A DNA stretch of 64,000 bases from contig CAVVVD010000008.1 in assembly GCA_963751645.1 (NCBI GenBank), positions 85,914 through 149,913 on the forward strand, given 5' to 3'. The DNA is from Methanomassiliicoccaceae archaeon (GTDB lineage Archaea > Thermoplasmatota > Thermoplasmata > Methanomassiliicoccales > UBA472). Within the stretch, counting starts at the first letter, position 1. Each line of letters begins with the position of its first letter. This document shows positions 51,022 to 60,136 of this stretch, piece by piece. The notes under the pieces were generated by a model. The model worked only from the letters and a program-made list of their open reading frames with translations, was not told where the DNA came from and did no database searches. Position numbers and translations under genes: made by a program.

Positions 51022-51150
51022 GTTCTGTGGAACCGCCCACCGGGATATAACGGTTTTCGAGACCTCTCAGTGGACCTGCTGATCAATAAGACAGGGATGT
51101 GGGGTTGGACCGGTCCTGCCCCGGCCTGGCCCGAAGTACTGAAAAACAGC

Positions 51151-51378
51151 TCAAAGGTCCGTCTTCGCCAGGAAATAGGAGACCGAGTTGCCCTTGGTCT
51201 TCTTCTTGACGATGGCCTTCTTCTCCAATTCCTGCAGCGCGTTCATGCACTGGGCCTTGGGAAGTAGGGAGAGGGAGGTGGCCTTCTCTGCGGTGACAGA
51301 CTTGTCCTCGCTGATGGCGCCGGCCTTCTTCAGGGCCTTGAACAGTTTTTCAGCCTGAGGTGAGATTTGCTCTGGCAT
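51151..51378 (-). CDS. small winged-helix protein
   Basis: It contains 'AEKLFKALKKAGAISEDKSVTAEKATSLSLLPKAQCMNALQELEKKAIVKKK'. I prefer the start at the internal Met ('MPEQISPQ') over the ORF-track start at 51483. Confidence 0.5.
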   Translation of the reverse strand: MPEQISPQAEKLFKALKKAGAISEDKSVTAEKATSLSLLPKAQCMNALQELEKKAIVKKKTKGNSVSYFLAKTDL

Positions 51379-51534
51379 ATTGATGGCGGATAATTCCCGA
51401 TGACATATATCTATCGGTCTGAAGATTACCATCTGGCCATGACAATACTTGTCACTCGACCTCGTCACTTGATCTATCCACATCGCTTAAATCTATATCC
51501 AAGGGGGTCGCATCTAGAACAGAGGTGAATCACG

Positions 51535-51975
51535 TTGACGAAGAAACTCTGGCGCTGCCATGTCTGCAACGACCTTCATTACGGGATCAATCCACCGGAG
51601 ATTTGCCCGACCTGCGGTGCGAAGCGGGCCTTCATGCTCATAGACCATGACGAGGCGATGCGCATCATCGGGAACGAGGGGGGAGAGATCGCCACCCAGG
51701 ATGCGGTGGTCGAGGTCTGGGGACGGTTCGGGGAACAGAGCCCCGAATTCCGTTTGTCAGAAAAGATGGAAGAGGTCGAACTTCTGTCCAAGGGCGTCCT
51801 GGAGAACAGGGCGAACAAAGGGCTCAAGTACTGTCCATGCCGCATACCCACTGGCGATTTCCAGAAGGACCTGAATCTGATCTGTCCCTGCAATTTCCTG
51901 AGGCAGAACGCCTATAAGGAGACGGGGGAGTGCTGGTGCGGTCTCTTCGTTAAACGCCGAAGTGAGGTGCCCTGA
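51535..51975 (+). CDS. rubredoxin-like zinc ribbon fused to a ferredoxin:thioredoxin-reductase catalytic-subunit-like domain (FTR/FDR-like)
   Basis: The N-terminus is 'WRCHVCNDLHYG..ICPTCGAKR'. The C-terminus is 'CPCRIPTGDFQKDLNLICPCNFLRQNAYKETGECWCGLF', which is a CPC..CPC..CxC arrangement. The TTG start is preceded by 'agaggtga'. Confidence 0.75.
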   Translation: MTKKLWRCHVCNDLHYGINPPEICPTCGAKRAFMLIDHDEAMRIIGNEGGEIATQDAVVEVWGRFGEQSPEFRLSEKMEEVELLSKGVLENRANKGLKYCPCRIPTGDFQKDLNLICPCNFLRQNAYKETGECWCGLFVKRRSEVP

Positions 51976-52271
51976 TGGCAGAGGTAGGACAAAGGATGAT
52001 CTGGTTCCACGGAAAGGAGTGCCCGCATTGCAGACAGCTGAGACCGGTGGTGGAGCAGTTCGAGGCCGAGACCGGCATCGTCCTGGACAAGCTGGAGGTC
52101 TGGCACGACCAGGAGAACCAGAAGTTGATGCAGAGATACGGCGATACCATCTCAGAGGCATGCGGCGGTGACCTGGGCGTCCCTGCATTCTACAACGAGA
52201 GGACCGGTAAGGCCATCTGCGGTGCTCGGATCAACATGGACAAGTTGAAGGCCTGGGCCGAGGTCCAGTAG
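51975..52271 (+). CDS. thioredoxin/glutaredoxin-like protein (C-P-H-C)
   Basis: It contains 'MIWFHGKECPHCRQLRPVVE' and 'GVPAFYN'. Its start overlaps the upstream stop by 1 nt. Confidence 0.75.
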   Translation: MAEVGQRMIWFHGKECPHCRQLRPVVEQFEAETGIVLDKLEVWHDQENQKLMQRYGDTISEACGGDLGVPAFYNERTGKAICGARINMDKLKAWAEVQ

Positions 52272-52583
52272 ATGGAACCCCCCTCCTTTCTGATGGCAGA
52301 GCGCAAGGTGAAAGGCGGGAAGCTCGTCCGAGTGAAGGCCGTCGTGCGCGACGGGACCATCGCCGAGGCTCGCATCGAGGGGGACTTCTTCGTGCACCCG
52401 GAGGAGGGCCTTACGAAGATGGAGAGGGCGCTGAGCGGTATTGCGGTGGAAGGTGTCGGAGTAAATGCCGAACGGACCTTGATGGACCTGGTAGCTAAGG
52501 AAGGGATCACCCTGATCGGCTTCGGACCCAAGGACGTGGCGGAGCTGCTGGAGGGGATATGCTCAGGGACCGCTGGCGCCTGA
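52272..52583 (+). CDS. lplB: lipoate-protein ligase C-terminal-domain protein (stand-alone LplB-type)
   Basis: 'GGKLVRVKAVVRDGTIAEARIEGDFFVHPEE' is the LplA C-terminal domain pattern. The gene is encoded separately, directly upstream of lplA, as in Thermoplasma acidophilum. Confidence 0.75.
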   Translation: MEPPSFLMAERKVKGGKLVRVKAVVRDGTIAEARIEGDFFVHPEEGLTKMERALSGIAVEGVGVNAERTLMDLVAKEGITLIGFGPKDVAELLEGICSGTAGA

Positions 52584-53314
52584 TACCGTTCCAGTACCAC
52601 AATGCCGCCGTCAACATGGCCATCGACGAGGCGGTGGCGGAGGCGATATCCTTCAACGAGGCCTCCCCCACCATCCGCGTCTACGGTTGGAGGCCGTCCG
52701 CCGTGAGCATCGGTCGCTTCCAGAGCGCCGATGACGAGGTGGAGCTGGAGGAGTGCAGGAGGCGGGGCATCGACCTGGTCAGACGACGCACCGGCGGCGG
52801 GGCGGTGTTTCACGATGAGGAAGGTGAAATCACGTACAGTATCATCTGCCCTGAGAGGTTGGTGAGCAAGGACATCAACGAGTCCTATCGGGAGATCTGT
52901 CAGAACATCATCTCCGCCCTGGCATCCCTTCAGATCGAGGCCGAGTTCAAGCCCATCAACGACATATTGGTCGGTGGTCGGAAGATATCGGGCAGCGCGC
53001 AGACCCGCAGGCAGGGGATCTTCACGATGCACGGCACCGTCCTCTTCGACGTCGACCCTGACACGATGTTCTCGGTGCTCAAGGTGGGCCGGACCAAGAT
53101 ATCCGACAAGGACCTGGCCTCCTTCGAGGAACGGGTCACCAGCGTGAGGGATGTTTCCGAGGCCACCATCGAGGAACTGCTACTGGCCCTGTTCAACGCC
53201 TTCGCGGAAGGCAAGGAATGGTTCCTGGACGACCTTGGCCGGGATGAATCGGCCCGGGTGCAGGTCATCGCGCAGGAACGTTATTCCAACGACGAATGGA
53301 ACCTCAGCCGCTAG
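52559..53314 (+). CDS. lplA: lipoate-protein ligase A catalytic subunit
   Basis: It contains 'NMAIDEAV', 'RVYGWRPSAVSIGRFQ', 'VRRRTGGGAVFHD' and 'GRKISGSAQ'. It overlaps lplB by 25 nt. Confidence 0.88.
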   Translation: MLRDRWRLIPFQYHNAAVNMAIDEAVAEAISFNEASPTIRVYGWRPSAVSIGRFQSADDEVELEECRRRGIDLVRRRTGGGAVFHDEEGEITYSIICPERLVSKDINESYREICQNIISALASLQIEAEFKPINDILVGGRKISGSAQTRRQGIFTMHGTVLFDVDPDTMFSVLKVGRTKISDKDLASFEERVTSVRDVSEATIEELLLALFNAFAEGKEWFLDDLGRDESARVQVIAQERYSNDEWNLSR

Positions 53315-54560
53315 AGCCCTGCAGTACGAGCAGCTCCGGGTTCTCCAGATACCTTTTGACATCGTTGACGAACCTGGCCGCCTCGGCGCCGTCGAATGCC
53401 CGGTGGTCGAACGTCAGCGACAATGGCAGCACCTTGCGCGCCTTGATCTCACCGTTGACGACCAGGGGCATGTCCATGATCCTGCCCACGCCCAGTATCG
53501 CCACCTCGGGGTAGTTGATGATCGGCGTGCCATAGGTGCTGCCGAAGACCCCGTAGTTGGTTATCGTGAAGGTCCCACCCTTGAGGTCTGCCAGGTCCAG
53601 CTTGCGCGCGTTCGCCATGTCCGCAAGCTTGTGCACCTCCTCCGCCAGGTCCACCATGGTCTTCTGGTCGGCCCCCTTGACCACCGGCACGATGAGACCG
53701 TCGTCGATGGCGACGGCCACGCCGATGTTGTAGTACTTCTTCATCACGATCTCCTCGGCCTCGTCATCGACCACGGAGTTGAGCAATGGGTGGGCCTTCA
53801 GGGAGGCCACCACCGCCTTGATGATGAAGGGCATGTAGGTGAGCTTGACCCCACGCTCCTTCTCCACCGTCGTCTTCACCTTCTCCCTCATGGACACCAG
53901 GTCCGTGACGTCGACCTGGTCCATGGTGGTGACGGCGGCCACCTTGGCCTGCGACTCCATCATGTGCTTGGCCGTCGTTCGCCTCACACCCTTGATGGGC
54001 ACCCTCTCCACCCAGCCATAGAGGTCGAACTTCGGCTGGGCCTTGGGCCTGGGCTTGGCCGGGAGCTGGGCCAGCTTGACGTCATCCTCGGTGATGCGCC
54101 CCTCCGGACCGGTGCCGCGCACCTTGGACATCTCCACGTTCAGGTCCTTGGCCAACTTGCGGACCGCGGGGGTCGCCAATATCTCAGCGGCGGCAGGCTC
54201 CGCCACCCGGGTGGACGTGGAGCTGACCGTTATCTCCTCGGTGGGCAGCTCTCCGACCACGGAGATGGACTCGCGCTTCCCCTCCACCCTCTTGGTGACG
54301 GGCGTGGGCACCTCCAGCTCCTCCCCTATGACGGCGAGGGTCTGACCCACCGTCACCATCTCTCCCTCCTTGAAGTTCAACTGCAATATCTTACCGGCGG
54401 CGGGCGAAGGCATCTCCACCACCGCCTTGTCCGTCTCCATCTCCGCCAGCGATTGGTCCAGTTTGACGCGGTCTCCCACCTTGACCAGCCATTTCTTTAT
54501 CTCGCCCTCTGTGACGCCCTCGCCCAGGTCCGGGAACACGAAGTTGGTCGCCATGTGCAC
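53304..54560 (-). CDS. 2-oxoacid dehydrogenase E2 (dihydrolipoamide acyltransferase)
   Basis: The lipoyl domain is 'FPDLGEGVTEGEIKKWLV..LAEMETDKAVVEMPSP'. The E1/E3-binding region has 'LATPAVRKLAKDL'. The catalytic domain has 'LSLTFDHRAFDGAEAARF'. Confidence 0.92.
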   Translation of the reverse strand: MHMATNFVFPDLGEGVTEGEIKKWLVKVGDRVKLDQSLAEMETDKAVVEMPSPAAGKILQLNFKEGEMVTVGQTLAVIGEELEVPTPVTKRVEGKRESISVVGELPTEEITVSSTSTRVAEPAAAEILATPAVRKLAKDLNVEMSKVRGTGPEGRITEDDVKLAQLPAKPRPKAQPKFDLYGWVERVPIKGVRRTTAKHMMESQAKVAAVTTMDQVDVTDLVSMREKVKTTVEKERGVKLTYMPFIIKAVVASLKAHPLLNSVVDDEAEEIVMKKYYNIGVAVAIDDGLIVPVVKGADQKTMVDLAEEVHKLADMANARKLDLADLKGGTFTITNYGVFGSTYGTPIINYPEVAILGVGRIMDMPLVVNGEIKARKVLPLSLTFDHRAFDGAEAARFVNDVKRYLENPELLVLQGSSG

Positions 54561-54563
54561 ACC

Positions 54564-55544
54564 TCAGAAGCTCATCGTCCTCTCGATCGCCTTTCTAATG
54601 CTCTCTGGTCCTATGTAATAATAGTCCTCGCCCTTGGGCAGAGGTATCGTGATGTCAGGGGCGGCCACCCTCTCCACTGGTGCCTCCAATGATAGTAACG
54701 CCTTCTCGTTGATGCGGGCCACGATCTCAGCCCCTACCCCGAAGCTCTTGGGGGCCTCCTGGACCACTACGCACCGTCCGGTCTTCTTGACCGATCGGAC
54801 AATGGTCGCTGAGTCCATGGGCGACAGCGTGCGCAGGTCGATCACCTCGCAACTGAACTTGCCGCCCAGCACGTCCAGCGCCTTCTGGACCTGGGGGATC
54901 ATGGCGCCCCAGCCGATGACGGTGATGTCGATGCCCTCCTGCACCACTCGGGCCTGCGACAGGGGAACGGTGTACTCCCCGCTGGGCACCTCCTCCTTGA
55001 GCATGCGGTAACTGCGCGTCGGCTCCAGGAATATGACCGGGTCCGGGTCTCGGATGGCGGAGGTCAGAAGTCCCTTCGCCTCCAGGGGTGTGGACGGCAC
55101 CACGACCTTGAGGCCTGGTATCTGGGTGAACAGCGCCTCGGTGCTCTCGGAATGATGCTCCAATGCCTTCACTCCTGCCCCATACGGAGTGCGCAGGACC
55201 ATGGGGACGGTGAGGCGGCCCCGGGTGCGATTGCGCATGCGAGCGGCATGGCATATCATCTGGTTCAGCGTGAGGTAGCCGAACCCCATGAACTGGACCT
55301 CCGCTATGGGGCGGAGGCCGTTCATGGCCATGCCGATGGCCACCCCGGCGATGCCCGCCTCGGCCAACGGGGTGTCGATGACCCTCTCCGGCCCGAAGCG
55401 GTCGAGCAATCCCTCGGTGACGCGGAATACGCCGCCGTCCACGCCCACGTCCTCGCCCAACAGCACCACGGTGGGATCACGGTCCATCTCCTCGCGGAGC
55501 GCGAGGTTGATGGACTGCACCATGTTCATCATGACCATGTTCAC
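54564..55544 (-). CDS. 2-oxoacid dehydrogenase E1 component beta subunit
   Basis: It contains 'LGEDVGVDGGVFRVT', 'RVIDTPLAEAGIAG' and 'EVQFMGF'. The GTG start overlaps the E1alpha stop (GTGA). Confidence 0.92.
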   Translation of the reverse strand: MNMVMMNMVQSINLALREEMDRDPTVVLLGEDVGVDGGVFRVTEGLLDRFGPERVIDTPLAEAGIAGVAIGMAMNGLRPIAEVQFMGFGYLTLNQMICHAARMRNRTRGRLTVPMVLRTPYGAGVKALEHHSESTEALFTQIPGLKVVVPSTPLEAKGLLTSAIRDPDPVIFLEPTRSYRMLKEEVPSGEYTVPLSQARVVQEGIDITVIGWGAMIPQVQKALDVLGGKFSCEVIDLRTLSPMDSATIVRSVKKTGRCVVVQEAPKSFGVGAEIVARINEKALLSLEAPVERVAAPDITIPLPKGEDYYYIGPESIRKAIERTMSF

Positions 55545-56625
55545 TCCCTCCCGGTGGGCTGTTCCTTACGGAGCGCTTCCAGCGCCTCCCTCAGATCGTC
55601 TGGCATAGTGGCGTAGGTGTGGCGGAAGCAATCCTCCAACGTAGGCCTCGGGAATGATTCGGCCTTCTTGACCTCCTCCTCCACCGTCACGGAGACCTCC
55701 TCCAGCAATGCCTTCTCCCTCTCATCGTTCCAGAGACCTCTGTCCGGTCAGGTAGATCCTGAACCTGGCGATGGGGTCACGCCCCGCCCATTCGAGAAGT
55801 TCCTTTTCCTGACGATAGCGGGTGGCATCGTCAGAGGTGGTGTGGTCGCTCATTCGATAAGTGTAAGATTCGATCAATGTCGGTCCCTCTCCCTTCCTGG
55901 CACGCTCCAGCGCCTCCTTGGTCGCGGCGTATAGAGCCAGGACGTCGTTGCCATCCACCTGTATCCCGGGGAAGCCGTAGGCGACGGCCTTCTGGGCCAG
56001 TGTCTTAGAGGCGGTCTGCCGCTCCCTGGGCACGGAGATGGCCCACTGGTTGTTCTGGCAGACGAACACGTTCGGGGTGCGCATCACCCCGGCGAAGTTC
56101 AGCCCCTCGTGGAAATCCCCCTCGGACGTGCCCCCGTCGCCGAAGAAGCACACCACTGCCGTGTCCTCCCTCCTCATCTTGGCAGCGTAGGCGATGCCGA
56201 CGGCGTGCGGGACCTGCGAGCCGACCGGGACGACCGATGGCGTCGCATGCACGCCTTCTGGGTAGCTGCTGCCCTCCTCGTTGCCCATCCAATATAGGTA
56301 GAGGCGCCAGAGCGGGACGCCCCTGTAGATGCAGGCCGCCCAGCTCCCGGAAGGCCCATACCAGCCAATCGTTCGGTCCCATGGCCAGGGCGGGGCCGAT
56401 CTGGCTGGCCTCCTGGCCCTTGGTGGGAGGATATGCCCCGAGACGCCCTTGGCGCTGCAGCTTGACCGCCTTGTCGTCGGCGACCCGGGTCAGCACCATG
56501 GTGCGATAGGCCTTGAGCAATGTATCATCATCGATGGATGGTTCCAGCTCCTTTACGATCGTGCCATCCTTCCTCAGGATCTCCAGCCGCTTGCCCTTCA
56601 GGGGGTCGAAATCATCCACTAACAT
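55541..56625 (-). pseudogene. 2-oxoacid dehydrogenase E1 component alpha subunit (TPP-binding), 2 frameshifts
   Basis: It contains 'VCFFGDGGTSEGDFHEGLNFAGV', 'VFVCQNNQWAIS' and 'VDGNDVLALY'. The frame changes at about 56345 ('AFRELG/..CIYRGVPL') and about 55740 ('LTGQR/..WNDEREKALLEE'). Confidence 0.88.
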
Positions 56626-56629
56626 AGGT

Positions 56630-57505
56630 TCATTCTCCTCTTACTGAATCGTAGGCCTCGATGGCCTTGTATGACGAGCGCACCAAGGGTCCGGCCACCA
56701 CGGCGCGGAAACCCATCCCGAGCGCTAAGTCCCTAAATCTCAGGAACTCCTCCGGAGCCACATAACGTTGCACTGGTAACTGGTCAGGTCCTGGACGAAG
56801 ATACTGGCCCAGGGTGATGATGTCCACCCCCGCATCCCTGAGGTCCTTCAGGCATTGGCATATCTCCAAGTCCGTCTCGCCCAGACCCAACATCAGGGAA
56901 CTTTTCGTGAGCATCCCAGGAGCGAGCCTTTTGATCAGGGCCAGCACCTCTAGGGAACCATCGTAGGAAGCGTTTCGGTCCCGCACCCGCATCTGCAACG
57001 ACCGGACCACCTCCAGATTGTGGCCGAGCACGTCTGGCCTGGCACCGACCACGGTACGGACCGCCTCTGGGTCGCCTTTGAGGTCCGGAATGAGCAGTTC
57101 GACCCGACACTGGGGGATAGAATTTCGAATGGCGTGGACCGTTTCTGCAAAGACGGAGGCACCACCATCAGGCAGATCGTCGCGTGTCACTGAGGTGATC
57201 ACCACATATCTAAGCCCGGAGCGGGAGATGGCCTGCGCCACCCTTTCTGGCTCATCCGGTTCTAGCGCATATCCTTTGCCATGTTGCACGGCACAGAAAC
57301 CGCAATGTCGCGTGCAGCGCTCACCCAGGATCATATAAGTAGCGCTTCCGGCCCGCCAACACTCCCCGATGTTAGGACAATGGGCCGAGTCGCAGACGGT
57401 ATGAAGGTGAAGCTCACGATTGAGAGCTCTGGTCATGGCAAGACCTTGAGTGGGATAACCACGGACCCTCAGCCACGATGGTTTCTCATCCACCTTCAAT
57501 CTCAA
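56630..57505 (-). CDS. lipA: lipoyl synthase
   Basis: It contains 'TVCDSAHCPNIGECW', the radical-SAM motif 'CTRHCGFCAV', and 'SSLMLGLGET'. Confidence 0.93.
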   Translation of the reverse strand: MRLKVDEKPSWLRVRGYPTQGLAMTRALNRELHLHTVCDSAHCPNIGECWRAGSATYMILGERCTRHCGFCAVQHGKGYALEPDEPERVAQAISRSGLRYVVITSVTRDDLPDGGASVFAETVHAIRNSIPQCRVELLIPDLKGDPEAVRTVVGARPDVLGHNLEVVRSLQMRVRDRNASYDGSLEVLALIKRLAPGMLTKSSLMLGLGETDLEICQCLKDLRDAGVDIITLGQYLRPGPDQLPVQRYVAPEEFLRFRDLALGMGFRAVVAGPLVRSSYKAIEAYDSVRGE

Positions 57506-57619
57506 ACACCAGTCATGCTCAAGGGAGCGGCTAGTTAATTTGTCTTTTGGATGAGCCCATCGAGAAAGCTCATAAATGGTGACCGACCTATCCTACACTA
57601 AGATGATGAGGGGGGAAAT

Positions 57620-57736
57620 ATGGAGCTGGGCGAACTTCTGACGGGCTCGATGCTCTTGATAATCGGGGTGATGGTGTTGATGGTCGTAGCGGGGGTCATC
57701 TTCCTCATCTGGAGGGTCAGAAGGTCCAAATCATGA
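57620..57736 (+). CDS. possible 38-aa single-TM peptide
   Basis: The peptide is MELGELLTGSMLLIIGVMVLMVVAGVIFLIWRVRRSKS. It is preceded by 'gaggggggaa'. Confidence 0.35.
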   Translation: MELGELLTGSMLLIIGVMVLMVVAGVIFLIWRVRRSKS

Positions 57737-57833
57737 CATCTGATTGAGAACGCGATCAAAAATTATGTCCTGAGCTGTCGTCCACCCCTCTCACGAGCCG
57801 ATCGCCTGGGTCTCTATTATCCCGACTGGCTGG

Positions 57834-57848
57834 AAAAGTTTTTAATAG
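57834..57848 (+). promoter_or_regulatory. BRE/TATA-like promoter of the SRP RNA
   Basis: The sequence is 'aaaagtttttaatag'. Its centre lies about 27 nt upstream of the inferred 5' end at 57870. Confidence 0.5.
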
Positions 57849-57869
57849 CATCATCCTGTATGCGACAAC

Positions 57870-58179
57870 GCTAGGCTAGACCGGGACGCTCGGCGTGCCC
57901 TTATACACCGAAATCGTCGATACGCGGGGGTGACAGCGGAGGGCGTCGTATCCGGAGAACCTAAGGCCCAGTCATAGATGTTGATGTCTCGTCCTGCGGG
58001 GCAGGCGGCGATCTCGCGGCGCAGCTGGAGGGTTGCGTCCCTGGTCCTAATCACGGGGAACGGGTCAGGCCCTGACGGGAGCAGCCTAACCGTGGACTAC
58101 CTACGCTCGTAGGGTTGCGGGGCGGAGTTGATGACTGATCAACCTTGAGTGATCCGAGCGGCCACCTTCGTGGCCTAGC
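57870..58179 (+). ncRNA. signal recognition particle 7S RNA (archaeal SRP RNA)
   Basis: The terminal helix pairs 5' gctaggc (57870-76) with gcctagc (58173-79). The 5' end 'GCUAGGCUAGACCGGGACGCUCGGCGUGCCC' looks like archaeal Alu-domain starts. The helix-8 motif 'GGUCAGGCCCUGACGGGAGCAGCC' corresponds to the universal 'GGUCAGGUCCGGAAGGAAGCAGCC'. The ends are good to within a few nt. Confidence 0.85.
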
Positions 58180-58407
58180 ACTCATTTATCCATGCCCCGA
58201 GATGGGACCAACAACGAATTGATTATTGACGCGGGAACGGTACCACCATTGAAATTGAAGGTGGCGATGTCCAACTCATTTCCCATGTAGCAAAATTCGC
58301 TTAGAATGGTTTGGTATCGGATCAACAAATTTGAACGATCATTCTGATTGAAACTTAAAAGCTGGAAGAAGGCCTTGTGAAAGAGGTCTCGCATCAAGCC
58401 ATAACTA

Positions 58408-59423
58408 TCATTTACCTTGGTTCAACTCTAAGGACTCCCATCCGACGCTGTTGGTCGGTTTGCAGCCGGTTATAAGCTCGGTGTTGAAATCAAAAAGCAC
58501 CGATGAATCGTGACCGTCCTTCAACTTGTAGACATTTGAGCCGTCGACCTTCCCGACCACCGCACCGGTCACCCCAACGTTCTTGAACATCTCAATGACC
58601 TTTTCAGAATGGTCTGGGTCGCAGGTCAATGTGAACCCGCACCCCTGATAGGATTTGAGCCATTGGTGGAGGTCCACCTCCTCTGGTCTGGGTATGCAAT
58701 TCACGTCCACCGTGGCACCCTTGCCACTGGTCTCGAGTAGCATCCCCAATGTGCCGAGGGTACCGGGGTTGCTGATGTCCTTGCCAGAACGTAGAAGACC
58801 TTTGCGGCGATCTTGTTCATGACCAGCATCTGGCGCCTGCAGATGTCCGACTCCTTCCTGGAGGTGGTGTCCCAGGCATAGTTCAGACCCTCGGGATAGA
58901 ATCCATCCAGGTCCATGGCCATGATGATGTCGTCACCTGCCTGGGCGGTGTGGCTGTAGATGACCTCGTCCTTATTGTCGCAGAAACCGACGATGGCGAC
59001 GTCGATGGCGTTGTAGGTGCAATCGGGATGGGTATGACCGCCCACGATGGGCACGCCGAACTTTTGACAGCGGTCTCCATGCCCCTCATCACCTGGCCGC
59101 AGACCTTCTCCTCCTTGACGGAGAGGACGTCCAACATGCGCGATGGGGATGCCGCCCATCGCCGAGATGTCTTGATGTTGACCAGAACGGCATAATAACC
59201 GGCGAAGAACGGGTTCGCCTTCATCAGCGGCTGCATGATACCATCGGCGGCGAGCAGCAGGACCTCGTTCGTCCCATTCCACGACCGCGGCATCCTCACC
59301 ATAGGATGCAATGATCTTAGACGATGAAAACTTCGGGAAGAAGTTGATCACCTCGGATATGGTCTGCTTCCTTGTGACGCCCGGGAAATTTCTGATGTCT
59401 TCAGCCAGGGCCTCAAGGTTCAT
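58408..59423 (-). pseudogene. AIR-synthase-related (PurM/ThiL/HypE-superfamily) protein, about 5 frameshifts
   Basis: It contains 'IIASYGEDAAVVEW', 'LLLAADGIMQPL', 'DISAMGGIPIAH', 'FGVPIVGGHTHPD' and 'GTLGMLLETSGKGATVD'. The pieces alternate between minus-strand frames (ORFs 58701.., 58883.., 58408..). The subfamily is not resolved. Confidence 0.7.
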
Positions 59424-59590
59424 GGCACGGTGAATGACCGGTTACCATTATAATCTTTGTCCGTCAAGGTATCAAGGAAATATCTAGCAGGGTCAATTTG
59501 GTTTGCTTCGTCTCTTTGACTCAGGTCGATAGGCGTTCTGCGATCAGGACGATGGTCTCCAGCAGCTGTGATAGCTCCGCTTCGAGCCGT

Positions 59591-60071
59591 TCACCTTCGT
59601 AGAACATATGCCCGGGAGCTGTCGGGGATCTTGAATCCGACTTCGACTAGGACCTTCTTTGCCTCCATGCCTTTCCTCCGGGGTCGCCTGCCTGCCTGGG
59701 ATGTCGCCCTCGACCCCGCCCGTGCAAGTTCCTCGACGAAGACGGCCCTCTTGAATATCCTATTGAGGGCGAAGAGGATCACGACGTGATCTGTCCGCCT
59801 CACCAGGGAAAAGTTCCCTAGCTTTATCTCCTATCATTTGATAGAAGTCCTGTTCCTTTCCTTTGAGGGGGATGTATATCTTGGCGGGGGGAACGTTCTT
59901 CTCCTTGACGATCTTAAGGTCTGTTAATGCTCTCAGATAGCCTGTCAGTAGCAGGCGATTTATTTTCAACCCCTTCTTATTGAGGTCCTTGTACAAGGAG
60001 CTGATAGATTTACCTTCATCGGTCAATGTTTCGAGCACAATGAACCTAAAATCCCTATCTGGATGGAACAT
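59591..60071 (-). pseudogene. winged-helix DNA-binding protein divergent from nrdD, 1 frameshift near 59790
   Basis: It contains 'FIVLETLTDEGKSISSLYKDLNKKGLKINRLLLTGYLRALTDLKIV'. ORF 59760..60071 continues in ORF 59591..59803. Confidence 0.55.
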
Positions 60072-60136
60072 ATGATAACAGATATGGTAACAGATATGGT
60101 AACTAATAAAGATTTGCTCTTAAGGCATTGTTACCA
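60071..60136. promoter_or_regulatory. three tandem 12-nt direct repeats plus one inverted half-site (candidate operator)
   Basis: The repeats are TATGATAACAGA (60071-82), TATGGTAACAGA (60083-94) and TATGGTAACTA (60095-105). An inverted TGTTACCA lies at 60129-36. The element abuts the wHTH start codon and lies upstream of nrdD. Confidence 0.5.

Noticed and set aside
53151-54692. Several very long ORFs lie antisense to well-identified genes. Examples are the 513-aa ORF opposite E2, 25933..27075 opposite pheT, 18484..19392 opposite srp54, 17592..18392 opposite the coiled-coil gene, 20655..21455 opposite the HK, 49285..50157 and 3497..4624.
   Set aside because: They have the typical antisense composition seen in GC-rich DNA (Leu/Gly/His/Arg/Val/Pro-rich, with no recognisable motifs). 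In every case the opposite strand carries a gene with clear family signatures.
57851-58054. A 67-aa minus-strand ORF.
   Set aside because: It lies entirely inside the SRP 7S RNA gene, and its sequence is Arg/Ala/Ser/Pro-rich.
58182-58397. A 71-aa minus-strand ORF between the SRP RNA and the AIR-synthase-like gene.
   Set aside because: It lies in a low-GC segment, with no motif and no obvious start context. It is probably non-coding spacer.
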